From the NCBI RefSeq assembly GCF_009914755.1, contig NC_060930.1: 64,000 nt of DNA, one strand, 5' to 3'. Origin of the DNA: the human T2T-CHM13v2.0 reference genome, Homo sapiens. Both the position numbers and the translations under genes were made by a program. A model generated the notes under the pieces. That model did no database searches, was not told the DNA's origin, and was given only the letters and a program-made list of their open reading frames with translations. Below are positions 14,481 through 28,097 of the stretch, one piece after another (the stretch's first letter is position 1; each line of letters opens with the position of its first letter).

Positions 14481-16480
14481 AAGGTTTTGGATTTGTTTGG
14501 TACAGGAAACAAAGAGCTCTGGGGCTCCAGGGAAATGTGGATGCACAGAGTTCATGATAAAGTCAGAGGTTCAATGTTACCCAGGCTTACCTGGTGTTTC
14601 GTGGCTCTCTGTAAGATGTCAGCCATGGTGACACCCCTGTGTCTTCCCTAACATAGCAGTTCATCCACATATTCTATCTGTAGTGTACCTAATGCTAGAG
14701 AGAGCTCATGGAGTAATATGAATCACATACAAATTTAAATTTCTGAAAATGTATATAGTAACATGTGGATCCTTGACTTTTGTTAACTTCATTTTGTTGT
14801 CTCATCAGCTATTTTCATTGAACTTTCTTCTCAGACTTATTTGTATTTTTCTTATACGGTACTTTATATGACTTTTTAAAACTGGGGTTGTGCCATATTT
14901 CAAAATGTCGGAATGGGTCTCAAATGCCTTTTGTGTCATTTTACTAGAATATTGTGTTCTCTGTTCATGTATTCAACTGCATGCATGTTTCAACTTTTAA
15001 GATAAGTGTCTTTTGGGATATTCCAAATCCCCAACATCTGAATAGAGGTTGCTCACAGAAATAGTAAAAGAATTTTAAGTTATATCTAAAATATACTATA
15101 CAGTCAATTTTTGTTCATTAAAAATCAGGTTTTACTTCATTGATCCTTACTGGGAAAGTCATGTATTTAAAGGTAATATGAAGCTAATATTCCAACTCTG
15201 GATGGAGTTACAAACACTTGCTAGATCTGATACTAGGACCCTCGTATCACTGTATCTGACTGAAAGTTCTGTATGTGAAGCATGACACCTTATGCATTTA
15301 TCATGGCATGACTTTTGGAAAGGATGCAGATAGTTCGGGTATGCATGTTTGGGTCCAGATGTGGCATTCTAGCTGCTAATCAAATAAAAATGCTGAAGAC
15401 AGAGCATCTCCTCCATTCTTCAGCTTTATTCCTAAATGAATCCAAAGGCTGCTATATAGGATTTCCTCTACTCCCCACCACACGCAGCTTTTTCATAAGC
15501 AAAGAAGCCTGGTTAACTTTCCCAGCAGCCTCTTAGGATTCTGCCAATTCATGTGGCAAATTTCACAAAAGGCTGTGGAACTGACACCAGGGAAGGAGGA
15601 GAGAAAAGGATGCAATTCTCTCTTTCCATACACTGCAGAGAAAAGGCAGAAGGGGGCGCTTTCTGGTGGGGCATAAAGAGTAAGGGTTTGTAAGATGCAT
15701 CTCAGTGAACCTGAAATATTTGTCCCTGATTTATCTCTGTTAACTTCTTGACAACTGTGATGGGCTTTGCCTTATGGGGATTTATTTTTCTCTGTTTTTC
15801 AAACTGAAAATGATTTTTAATATTCTTTATTCTAAAAGTCCTACATTCTTATTGAGAAGCATAAACAATAGAGAAAAATAAACAGCAAAAAGAAACTAAT
15901 AATTACATAAAAAGCTCATCATACAAAAATCCTACTGCAAAAATACCCTTCTAGTTTTTTTCTGTGTCTATAAGCACAATATTAACAACAAAATTAGATC
16001 ATACCATAACTGGGTTTGATGCCATGTTATTTTATTCTATAATCCCCCAATGACACCTCGCATGATCAATGAATATACAGCTACATCAGCATTTTTATTG
16101 GCTATATAGATTTTTATAAAGCTTTACTAGGATTTATTATTACAAATACTGTTATAAAGTCATATAGATTCATCTTTGTACACTTGTCTGATTATTGCTT
16201 CTAAAACAGCCTTATTAAACATTGAATAAATACAAAAGAATATATATACTGTATATAAAATGTAAAGGACAAATATACAATGTTGCTTTTTTACGCCACT
16301 CTTTCTATGTTTTGCTTCTTTTCTTCTTCCTTTTTGGCTTTTGCTAAATAAGACTTTTCCCATTTCATTTTTTTTCTCTTCTCTAGTTTGGAAATTATGT
16401 ACTCTGTTTCTGTTCTTTTACCAGTTACCCTAGAAATTTTAACATCAGTTCTTATTTTGGTCTAAAATTAATATATTTAT

Positions 16481-16622
16481 GCTAGGCATGGTGGTGTGTA
16501 CCTGTAGTCCCAGCTCCTTGGGAAGCTGAAGTAGGAGAATTGCTTGAGCCCAAGAGTGTTAAGTCCAGCCTGGGCAACAGAGCGAGAACCTGTCTCTTTA
16601 AAATAAATAAATAATAAATAAA
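16481..16622 (+). mobile_element. Free Alu monomer (FLAM/FAM-like)
   Basis: Single Alu arm of about 120 bp with a (TAAA)n tail. Confidence 0.85.
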
Positions 16623-17515
16623 ATGAACATATTTACTTTCCTTTCTCTTAGATAACTTTAGCTACAGTCACTCTCCTCCTGACATTTCAGTATTTTAATT
16701 TTATCTTTTATAATCCCACAATTAGACATACAATGATTGTTTTATACTATAATGCTTATTTAGACTTACCTATGCATTGGCCCATTCTTTTCTATACTTC
16801 AAACCTTCCAACAGAATAACCTCCCTCCTTTCTAAAGTATACTCCACCATGAGGGGGACATTCTTTTATGGATGATAAACTCTTCTATTTTTGTATGAAA
16901 ATGCCTTATTTTGCCTTCCTTTTTTGAAAAACAGCTTTTATGAGATGTAATCTGCATATCTTAAATTATCTCATTTCAAGTGGACAATAAATGATTTCTA
17001 GTAAGTTTACCACTACAATATAACGTTATAAGATTTCCATCACTCTAGAAAGAAATGTTGGGCCCATTTGTGCCAGGCTGTCATCCCCAGCCTCAGGCAA
17101 TTGCTAATCTACTTTCTGTTTCTGTAAATTTACCTTTTCTGGACATTTTGCATAAGCAGAATTATACATTATGTGATCTTTTATGTCTGGATTCTTTCAC
17201 TTAACATAATGTTTTTGAAGTTCATCCATGTTGTAGCGTATATTAATACTTCCTTGGTTTTTATTGCCAAATAGTATTCCAGTGCCACATTTTGTTTATG
17301 CATTTACCAGCTGATGAATAGTTGGGCATGTTCTACTTTGGGGCTGTTAAGAACACTGCTATGAACATTCATGTGCAAGTCTTTGTGTGGACATGTCTTT
17401 TCATTTCTCTTGTGTAGATAACTAGGAATGTTATGTAGTTATTGGGTCATTGGGTCATAATCTATTCTTAACATCTTAAGAAACTGCCAAACTGCTTTCC
17501 AAAGTGACTGCATCA

Positions 17516-17810
17516 GGCCGGGAGCAGCAGCTCATGCCTGTAATCCCAGCACTTTGGGAGGCCAAGGTGGGTGAATTGCCTGAGCTCAGGAGTTCAAGAC
17601 CAGCCTTGCCAAAATGGTGAAACCCCCTCTCTACTAAAGTACAAAAAAATTAGCTGGGTGTGGTAGTGCACGCCTATGGTCTCTGCTACTCAGGAGGCTG
17701 AGGCACAAGAATTGCTTGAACCCAGGAGATGGAGGTTGCAGCGAGCACCACTGTACTCCAGCCTGGGCGACAGAGTAAGACTCTGTCTCAAAAACAAAAC
17801 AAAACAAAAC
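17516..17810 (+). mobile_element. Alu (AluS) inserted into L1
   Basis: 15-bp TSD aaagtgactgca(t/c)ca; (AAAAC)n tail. Confidence 0.95.
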
Positions 17811-18309
17811 AAAGTGACTGCACCATTTTACAATCCCCTCTAGCAATTACGAAGGTTCAGGTTTCTCCACATCCTTGCCAATATTTGTTATTATGTGTCT
17901 TGTGATCATAACCATTCTTTGTAAATGTGAAGTGGTAGTATTACATTGTCGTTTTAATTTGCTTTTGCTAATAAATAATGAAACTGAACATATTTTCATG
18001 TGCTTATTGACCCATCTGTATTTCTTCTTTGATGAAACGTTTATTCAAATATTTTTTCTTGCCTTCATTCTTGAAAGAGAGTTTTGTTTGGCACACAATT
18101 ATAGGTATATAGTTATTTTATCCTAGCAATTAGAAGACACTTTTCCATTTTCTTCTGGATTTCATTGCTGCTGTTGAGGAATTGACTGCCAGTGTAATTG
18201 TTATTTCTTTCTAGATAATCTGCTCTTTCTCTCTGGCTCCTTTTAAGATGTTCATTTTGTTTTTGGTTTTCTACGGTTTTACTGTGATGTATCTACATGT
18301 AGAGTCCAA

Positions 18310-18668
18310 GGGCGGGAGGGATTTGGCTTGCCATTACTGGCTTTGCAAATATAGAAAGTGGGCCACAAGCCAAGAAGTGCAGGTGGCCTCTAGTAGCTGA
18401 GAAGGACCTTCAGCTGACAGCCAGCAAGAAATTGGGTACCTCAGTCCTGCAATCTCGAGGAAGTTAATTCTGCCAACAACCCAAATAAGCAAGGAAATGG
18501 ATCCTCTCCTACATCCTATGGAAAGGAACCCAGCCTTGCTGATGTGTTGATTTTAGCCCAGTGAGACCTGTGTCATATTTAGCACCTACAGAACTGTAAA
18601 ATAATAAATATGTCTTGTTTTAAGCTGCTGACTTTGTGGCAATTTGTTATAGCAGCAATAAATAGTAT
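18310..18668 (+). mobile_element. MLT1D/E-type MaLR LTR
   Basis: Typical MLT1 3' part ttgattttagcccagtgagac...ttttaagctgctgactttgtggcaatttgttatagcagcaata. Confidence 0.85.
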
Positions 18669-19929
18669 AGGTTTTAAGTTTTAGTTATGTTTTATTTCTA
18701 GAACTTCTTTTTAACTCTTTTTCAAATATGCTATTCATGTTTATAGTTTCCTCTTTAATACTTGTATTTTCAGTCTCCTTTTAAAACTCTTCAATATTGC
18801 AAATACAGTATTTTGTAGTGTGCATCTGAAAAGTCACTTAAGATCTCCACAGGTCTGATTCTGATTTCTGTTGTTTCTACTGGCTCTTTCTCACAGTTCC
18901 TTGTTTCCTTACAACTTTTTAAACTTTTGACTTTGAGCTTATGTCTATTGGAAATTGACTGTTGGATTATTTGAGACCTGAGTCAAAGGTATATTGTTCC
19001 AGGAAAGAGTTGTGTTTGCTTCCATCAGGTGCCACCTAGGACTTCCTAGGACCACCTTAAAATAAATTCTTGGCTTGAGCTTTTCCAAATTGCACAGGTA
19101 ATATGAGTAAATGTTAACTAATGTTACAAACATGGTGAATTCAGAATTTTCAGGAAAGATTTTTCCCCCACTTAGTGCTAAGCTAGGTAGAACAAGTTAC
19201 CTATCATCTTCTTCTGACAGGTGGAGGTTACTTTCTAGTTTACCCTTATACTGAGGTTGTAGCTGTGTGGGGTCCCAGATTTATGTAGGAATTTCCTATT
19301 ATGCTTTCCACCTCAGGTATGAGGGCTTCTCTCCTGTCTCATTGCACTATCCAAACAGAAACTCAAAAACACCAGTTAGTTGATGCCCCCAGGGTAAAAT
19401 CTGGCTTTATCTCTCTGGATTCCAGCATTCACTTTATTTCCAGCATTCATTTTATTTGACCCTGAGGATTTTTTATTGTATTGCCAGTTCAGTGATGTTT
19501 TTAAAAGGATGTTTTTCATATCTTCTCCAGAAGTTTTAGTTGTTTCAGAAGGGTGGTTCACAGTAACATTTGCACCATACCGTCAGAAATGTAAATGTCA
19601 AATGTCTCTTTCTTTTTAAGGATTAATTCTTAGGTGTAGAATTGCTATATTAAAAGGTATGCAAGTATAATATTTAGATGTATATATTTCCATATTACAA
19701 TGGCTTGTTTTCTGTTCAAGAAAATAAAACAGAAAAACAAGCCACTAATCTCAAGCATTTGCTGAATCCCTTTTAGATTTGCCTCTCACATCTACAAAAG
19801 GAAATATGAATGTGGTTAACATCTGGACAAGAGACAAAATTAGCAAACAAAACAATAATCCTCCAAAATAAAATTATGTGAAGTGTATAGATGGTAAATT
19901 AGGAGTTCAGAAAAGGCTGAAAAATTTAA

Positions 19930-20640
19930 ATCTGACCATGTCACACCTGGCTAGGGAAATCTTCAGTGGCTGCCCATTGCCTTTAGGGTGGTGTTCAGAA
20001 TCCTACAAGTTCCCATATAACCCTGCATGGTCTGGCTCCTGCCTCTTCTCTGTCCTTGTCGCTCCTCCTAGCTCACTGGCTCCAAGCTCACTGGCCTTAT
20101 CTGTGTTCCTCAAATGCACTGAAACCCTTTTCACCCCAACCCTTACTTCTTATCTGAATGTCCTTTTCTGCCTCCCACCACCCCACCCCACTGCGTGGCT
20201 GACCTGTTCATCCTTCTGGTCTCAGCTTACATGTGACTTTTTAACTTTTACTAATCTTCTAGTGTAAATTACCTCTGGCACACAAACACATACACACACA
20301 CAGGCACATACAGCGCCCCACCCCCCACCCACCCACACACACACACACATTTCTACTCAAATGTCCAGGTAACTGGTCAACCCAGCATCTCAGGGACAGA
20401 GACTAAATTCATGCATCTCAGAGTGTCTGGTCGACCTGAAAGAAAGCTAGAGAGTGGGAATGAGAGAATCAAACCTCTCTGAAAGCATCCTGTTCTTTCC
20501 CTCCACAGCACTTGTTAGAATGGGATTATCTAATATCTATCTCCTCCACTAGAGAACAGAACTATGTCCTATTCCCTGCCATATTCTAGAACTTAGCTCA
20601 GTGCCTGGTACATGGTAAATCTTTATTGAATAAATGGATT
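19930..20640 (+). mobile_element. L2 fragment with embedded CA-rich repeat (20280-20349)
   Basis: L2 3' end ...gctcagtgcctggtacatggtaaatctttattgaataaatg. Confidence 0.65.
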
Positions 20641-21200
20641 TAAAGATGCATGGCTGCATTTGAACAGGTGGAGCCGATGGGCGTCAATAGATTTCCCTGG
20701 AAATCATAAAACTAGTGGAAAAATGAGAAAACCAAGCAGAAAAGACGAAAATATTTTAATAGGTTATAACTCAGTGAGGAAATATGAATGTTCCTCTTTG
20801 AGCCAACAAGCTGTCCTATAATGATAGACTCTTATGACCAGTCTATAGCAGGGGAGAGTGAAAGGAGGTGTGCCCGCTGTTCAGCATGAGGTGGTCAGGT
20901 TAGCTACAACCAAGATGGTGAAGAAGCGATTTGGATTTCCAAGGGTGTTTTTGGGTCTCTTTCCTTGAAGATGGAGAGTGTTTCATTTCAGTGATGTTCT
21001 TGATGTCCTATTAGGAGGCAGTAGAATGGATCTCTAGTTTCTTTCATTCCTCTAGGTTGATGGTAGTTAACTTTTCTTCTTTTTTTTTTTTTTTGTAGCT
21101 TGCTTTGATTTAAGTGATTCTATCAGTTCATTTTAACACTTGACACTTATCTCTTACATGTTTCCCTGTAACATTCTGAACAGCTCACTCTTTTTACTAG

Positions 21201-21357
21201 GTATCAGAGTAACACTGCTTCTGCTGTTCTTGAAACAATTACCAACATTCAACCCAAAGAGAGTGGAGGTGGTGTGGGAGAGACCCGGGAGGCTATTGTT
21301 TATAGATTATCTGAAGATATGCTGAGTAAACTCCCTCCTGATTACATTCCTCATGAG
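21201..21357 (+). CDS. DNAH8: DNAH8 internal coding exon (5th from last)
   Basis: Acceptor ctctttttactag|G and donor GAG|gtaagt; 157 nt. Completes ACG (Thr) from the previous exon, then encodes [52 protein letters not shown]. This frame is absent from the ORF track and was translated by hand. Confidence 0.96.
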
Positions 21358-23152
21358 GTAAGTCTTGCTGGTTTCCCACTGGCATACAGGGCTATTTGTA
21401 TATTTAAACAGTAAGTTTGATTACCTTGAAAAGCAAGAAATCTACCTGTTGGTGACTATGTGGCAGATTACCTGTGTGAAAAATTTTGACTATATTACTA
21501 AACTCTGCATCTCTCATTGTTCACATAGTTCTCTCTTCAAAACTTAAAAATATCAGAAGAAAACATTTTCCATGATGCTTTTCTGTTGCATTCTTTTAAA
21601 AATTCCTTCACAAGTTAATTCCTCCTCAATCAAAGTTTCCACGGTGACCCATTTATATATCAATTTCTATGATACCTTAAGCTGTGCTAAAAAAAAAAAA
21701 CTCAAAAATCTTTAAGGCCAAAAAGCAATGGTGTTGGTCATTTGGTATTCTATAAGACGTTCCAAGTGTTTTAACTGTAGGTAGATGATCCACCCATCTA
21801 TTCCATTGATTTTTAATCACTTCTGAAACTCATTGAATAGGGTAGAACAATTAGTGGAGATATTATGAATATAAGCACCCTGTTACCAATCTGAAGTCTT
21901 CTAAGAACCACACTTATTCATTGATTAGAATGGGGTGGCATGGGACAGTAGCTGTGTTTTTGAGCACTCATTACAAGCCAGACACTGTCCGAAGTGCTTC
22001 ATACACATTATGACACTCAGTGCTCAGGACAGCACCAGCAGAAATCAAGCTAAGTGGCAGAGCAAGAATTTGAATACAAAGTGATCTGACTCTAGAACCT
22101 GCAGTCTTAACTAGTTTTAGCATGCAATGAGTGTCCCAACAATAAAAAATGTTTTATTGCCTCTTAAAATAATTATTGTTTCCATTGTGTAGATAGGTAC
22201 CAAGACCTTTGGTTAAGATATTGAAATCAATAGCTTCATGTAGAGATAGTTATAGTAAGGGGAGAAAATATTTTTAAGTGGATAAATATTGTAAGTATAC
22301 ACTTTCAATAGTTTTATTGGTGTGATCTTCAAAAAACAAGGCAGCATACTTGCCTTCAAAGATTTTTAATACTGGCATGTGAAAGTGAGATAAAACTTAC
22401 TCTAAAAGATTACACCACAGGACTGCTATTGCCAGGGGAAAGGTTCAAGACCTTGTGATAATTCGAGCTGTCCAGTCTTAGCTGGGGCCACTTCACCAAC
22501 AAGACCTTTGTTCTGGTGATTATTCCAGCAGAAACTGAGCATCAGGGGTGTAACTAAATGGATTCCTATATGGGAAAGAGTTTGTACTAAGAGACATCTA
22601 AAACTTGTCCCTGTTCCAAGATCACTTACTTTTTAGTGTCTTATTTTATAGAAGAGATCTTTCTTGAACAGGTGGCTGTAAAGTGAATTTTGTAAATCAA
22701 AATATAATTATACCATTGAGTTCTGTAGTAAAAATGAAGCTACATTATTGTAGAGAATACTACCTGGTCCCAGAAACATAATGAAAATGCTATATAAGGC
22801 TACAGCAAGTCTTAAATTTTATTAATAAAAAGACAATTTTAGGCTGGAACAATAATTATACTCAAAATCAGGACTAGAATTACATTTTCTAGGGTTTAAG
22901 GTTTTTCTAAGCATGTCTCTATCTCAAGTAAAGTTTCCCTTTTAAAACCCTAAGCAGGACAAGGTGATTTGTTTGAAACTGTTAATATACTAGAGATACC
23001 TGGGCTATTGATTTGATACTGTAGTCAATACCTGAGCTTTATTTTCCACTCATGGGGTTGCAAAAGTATTTCTATAATTTCCCTTTTCCTTAAGAGTGAA
23101 TTTCCACTCTTGAGATGGATTGATTTAAAGGGAATTATATATAGATATAATT

Positions 23153-23244
23153 TATATATATATATATACACACACACGCACGTGTACGCGCGCACACACA
23201 CACACACGTATGTATGTATGTATGTATGTATGTATGTATGTATA
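23153..23244. repeat. Compound microsatellite (TA)n(CA)n(CG)n(CA)n(TATG)n
   Basis: Read directly from the sequence. Confidence 0.95.
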
Positions 23245-24593
23245 GCATATACATATGCTGTTCAGCCACTGGAGGTTGAAGGACTTGGGATGGAGATGAG
23301 AATGAGGCACTGGAGGCTGCAAAAATGTAGGCTCTAGAACCAAGAATTCTGAAGAGTAGCTGAAGGTTGCTACGTCGGACTGCGTTAGGGACCTCCACTG
23401 GCATGCTTGACTGATTTTAATATAGTTTGCTCCACCCGCATAGGTAGTCCTATTCAGGCTGCCTATTTTATATCTGTGCTCAGTGTTATATCTCCTTCCC
23501 TTTTTGTGCTTTCCGTCTTCCTCTTTCACTCACTAGAAACAACCCAATTGCAGTAAACAGAGGTGTCCCTTGCTGAAAGGAAACTTCTGCACCATACTAG
23601 AGGCCTGTCCTATAAAAGGAGGAGAATGGTTCAGATGACTCTGAAGCCCACCCATCTCTAACATTCCAGGCTTTATGAGGGGGCAGTGGGCATCTCTGGC
23701 AGAGAATCCTGCAGTTCCTGGCCTCCTGTGATCCTTTGGATTGACACCTCACTTTGAGTTCTCTCCCACTCCATGTGTCCCTTCCTTGTTCCTTTGATTC
23801 TGGCATCTCTTTGATTGTGGCCAGCAGAAAGTTCAAATCCCTTTATGAGTTCCTGCCAGTATTTGTAGTCAATCTTTTGTTGGGCATATGTCACCAAATT
23901 GAAATGTGTATATTGCATTGGCTTGTTTTCCAATAATTGTCATATTTTATTGTTCCCACAACCAGAGGCTTTTGTATTGATCTCTTCAAAATAGTCAATA
24001 AGTGATACATCAAAAGGAACAAATGACAGATATTTAACTGGCTGTCCCACAAAATCAAATATTTTCATTGATTGGATTAGGAAAGGCTCTCTTTAGCTGT
24101 CATAGCTAAGGCAACAATGATCTTTGGAAACTATAGCTAATCATATTTGTTGGTAACTGCTCTGTAAAGATTTTTGCTGTATTAACTTTCTATGACATTT
24201 CTAATAACTCTGCAAACATAATGAAGAAAAAAATTCCACTGTACCCCTATGAAGGTTAGATTGCAAAAAGAATATCTAACTGACACCCAGTACTTAATCA
24301 TGTGAAAGGAGAAAAAGGTACAATTTTATTTCAGCTCTTTAAGGTACATTTCCAATTATTAGCTAAGTACAATCAGTAAGAAATAAAAATCATTTTAGTT
24401 GAACAGTAGTTTTGGAAACGCAGGAAATGGAAAGTTTAATGGCAAGTTTGGTTCTGCAAGACATATTTTAGAATTCATTTGGGCTGGTAGAGATACATCT
24501 AGAGGAAGAAAAAGAATTGAGAAAGAAGAGGTTATTGGAAGAGAAATGACAGATGAGAAAATCTCCTTTATTGCATTGTTTACTTTGTTTTAG

Positions 24594-24746
24594 GTGAAAT
24601 CTCGTTTGATAAAGATGGGCCATCTTAATTCAATGAACATATTTCTTAGACAAGAAATTGACAGAATGCAAAGAGTCATTTCAATACTCCGCAGTAGCCT
24701 GAGTGATCTAAAATTGGCCATTGAAGGAACAATCATTATGAGTGAG
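24594..24746 (+). CDS. DNAH8: DNAH8 internal coding exon (4th from last)
   Basis: Acceptor tactttgttttag|GTG and donor GAG|gtgagc; 153 nt, phase 0-0. Encodes [51 protein letters not shown] (dynein C-terminal domain, FLRQEIDRM motif). Confidence 0.96.
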
Positions 24747-24826
24747 GTGAGCTGTTATTACATCAGTAGGCATTTCCTTCTTTGTTGATGTTTCTTATTC
24801 ATGTGTTTTAACTTTTTCTTCTCCAG

Positions 24827-25016
24827 AATCTGAGAGATGCTCTGGACAACATGTATGATGCTCGTATACCTCAGCTCTGGAAAAGAGTGTCTTGGGATTC
24901 GTCCACACTGGGCTTCTGGTTCACTGAACTTTTGGAAAGAAATGCTCAGTTTTCTACGTGGATATTTGAAGGGAGGCCTAATGTGTTTTGGATGACTGGT
25001 TTCTTTAATCCCCAAG
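24827..25016 (+). CDS. DNAH8: DNAH8 internal coding exon (3rd from last)
   Basis: Acceptor tttttcttctccag|AAT and donor CAAG|gtatgt; 190 nt. Encodes [63 protein letters not shown](G), with the conserved FWxxGFFNPQ motif. Confidence 0.96.
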
Positions 25017-25948
25017 GTATGTGCTCATAGGAGATTTGGCAAGCTTGGAATTTGTGTATTGTTGGATAGTAGCATCGTGTGATAAATATATACCATATAA
25101 AACAATATGGAGGCGTAGCTTGCTGGGTGCTGCACATAGCCATTCAAAGGCGAAAGAACACAAATAATTCTTCTGTATTTGTTTTACAAATTCAATCTGA
25201 AGCTCTTCCTATCAATTCTTTACAATGTGGTAGCAAAATCCTTCCTTTTTCTTTTCACCAACTTCAGCAAACCATCAGTCTGGGGTTAGGACACATGAAA
25301 GAGTAAAAAGAAGTTTCTCTCTAACTTATAGTTTTTAAATGTTTGTGAAATATCAAAAATGAAGCACCAAAAGATGCAAAAATTGTTTCCAGGGTTTAGA
25401 AAATTATATTGGTTTCAAAAATGACTGTGACAAAAGTATTCAGAGAACTTCAGGGGGGTCTTCCCCCACTCAGTTTTCTAGTTTTCTTTTTCTTTTTTCC
25501 TGAAAGAGTGCTTTATAATTCTGCTTCATTTATTCCTTCCTTCTAGAAATGTTTACTGAGAAAGTTAATGGCTTGATGTCATAGAGTTTGTAAGGTTCAG
25601 AAACATGACACATTTTGTCTTACTAAAATATGGATAGTTTTACTTCAAGTAATTCTTGGTGAAAATGAAGAAATGTTGAATTCCTTATGGTTCAGCAGCT
25701 TATGGCTCCATTTGTAATAAAATTTTAGAAACATTCACACTTACAGATTTAGGATGAATTATTGTTTCTTGTAGCAATATAGGTGCATCTCATAAAATAA
25801 TGTTGAGTAAGGGAAACCAAACAGAAAACATTACATGCGGTATGGTTCCATTTATACAAAGAAGAAGAACAGGCACAATGGCTCTATAGTGTTCAAAGTC
25901 AGGATAATGACTGTAGAAGGAGGGCAGTGATTAGAAAAAGGCACAAAG

Positions 25949-26270
<322 letters not shown>

Positions 26271-27766
26271 AGGCACAAGGGACTTCTGGGGCCCAGGAAT
26301 GTTTCACTTCTAGATCTGGATACTGGTTATGTGGCTGAATTCCCTTGGTGAAAATTCCTTGATATTGCTGTATACTGATGATTTGTGCAGGGTTTTTTTT
26401 GTGTAAAGCATACTTTGATCAATATTATACATGAAAAATATGTATTTAATTGTCCTTTGTATACATACATTCATTCACTGTATGCATTTTCCAATACCTT
26501 AAAAATGTTTAAATTTGAAACACTAACCATGGTGATTTCTATGAACATATCAAATTATACATAGTATTTTATAAAGTCCGTAGCCTTTAGAGTTGTAAAG
26601 GGCAGCCCCCAGATTTCACTTATCTATTTTTCTCCCAGAATTTCCATTGAGTTAGGGGAGGAACATTTTTTATTATGGGTCTCAGATTTTGTGTGTCTAC
26701 TTATGAGTCTCTTTCCTCCGTATGAGCCTCAATTTGAGTAAGTCGTCACCAGGTAATTTCTGGCTGGGGAGCATGAAGTAATAGCATTTAACTTAATAAG
26801 GATTGTTTGACCACCTCCCATTTGCCAGCCCCTCTGCTAGGTACTTTCAATGAAGAGAGATTTGAGACTTGGTTCCTGCCCTAAAGGAGCCTATAATCTG
26901 GTTGGTAAGACAGACACATCAGCAACCTTAATGTAATGTGATAAGTGCCCCACTGTGTGAGAACTAAGTGCCATGGTAGCCCAGAGGACAGAGAGATTAA
27001 TTCTGCCAAGAGCTTCACACAGGAAGCAGTGAGTAGGGTTTGCAGAAGCAGGGATGCCAAAAAAAGAGCGGGTGCTTTCCAGGTAGAGGCCTGAGCAAAA
27101 ACAAGTCTTGTTCAGGGGAACAGGGAGACCAGTGTGGCCAGGGCTCAGGAGCAAGGCTGGGGGTAGTGGGGAATGAGGCTGGAGTATGAAAAATCTTCCG
27201 GGGCCTCAGGGGTTGGGGCTGTATATCAGAAGGTAATCCCAAGAGAAGGCAAGTGAGGGACTGGAATATGGAGGCCCAGTGCAATGAGACTCTTGCCAGG
27301 TCCAAGGAAGAGGGCCTGGGACCTTAACCAGGTGCCAAGGAGGGAACAGATTTGATGGAGTGATTAAATGGGGGTCTCTGAGAGAGCAAGGAGGGACAAT
27401 GTAGGCTGGAGGCAAGGTACAAGACAGGGAACATTGGGAGAGGGACAGGTAGGGCAGAGAGACAGGGAGCACTGGAGAGGTATGTTGGCAGACTTGGAGT
27501 TGGGAGAGGCGTAAGGACCAATGATTTTCAAAAGTGTGAGGTTATTGAATGTATCTTTGATATTTAGAAACCAAGGGAGTGGAGTTGGTTCATCCCTGGC
27601 TTTCCATAGTCACGAATGCACATAATTTTTTTCAGTGATTTTTTTCATTCAAAATATAACTTTAAAAAGCAAAGTGTTAATATGAACTGATCTTTAATTG
27701 TTAATATTTGTTAAGAAATGTTACAAAGCCAAACAATACTTAAAGAAATACAAATGTAGATTCACA

Positions 27767-28097
27767 TGATATGGTTTGGCTCTGCGTCCCCACCCAAAAC
27801 TCATCTCAAATAGTAATCCCAGTGACTGGATCATGGAGGTGGTTTTCCCCATGCTGCTTTCGTGATAGTGAGTGAGTTCTCACGAGATCTGATGGTTTAA
27901 TAAGTGTTTGGCAGTTCCTCCTTCACTCTCTCTCTCCTGCCTCCATGTAAGACGTGCCTGCTTCCCCTTCTGCCATGATTGTAAGTTTCTTGAGGCATCC
28001 CCAGCCATGCAGAACTGAGTCCATTTAAACCTCATTCCTTCATAAATTACCCAGTTTCGGGTATGTCTTTATAGCAGTGTGAAAATGGACTAATACA
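27767..28097 (+). mobile_element. THE1-type (ERVL-MaLR) solo LTR
   Basis: Starts tgatatggtttggctctg and ends ggactaataca; exact 5-bp TSD tcaca. Confidence 0.93.

Larger units (their letters stand above)
15780..19690 (-). mobile_element. Nested old L1M fragments (L1MB-like at about 16920-18050 within L1ME-like sequence)
   Basis: Antisense L1 motifs gctaatctactttctg, ttcatccatgttgtagc and gaaactgccaaactgctttccaaagtg. Confidence 0.75.

Noticed and set aside
22016-22036. RE1/REST-like sequence ctcagtgctcaggacagcacc
   Set aside because: The right half-site is good but the left half has three core mismatches; it lies in a MIR-like remnant 39 kb from GLP1R.
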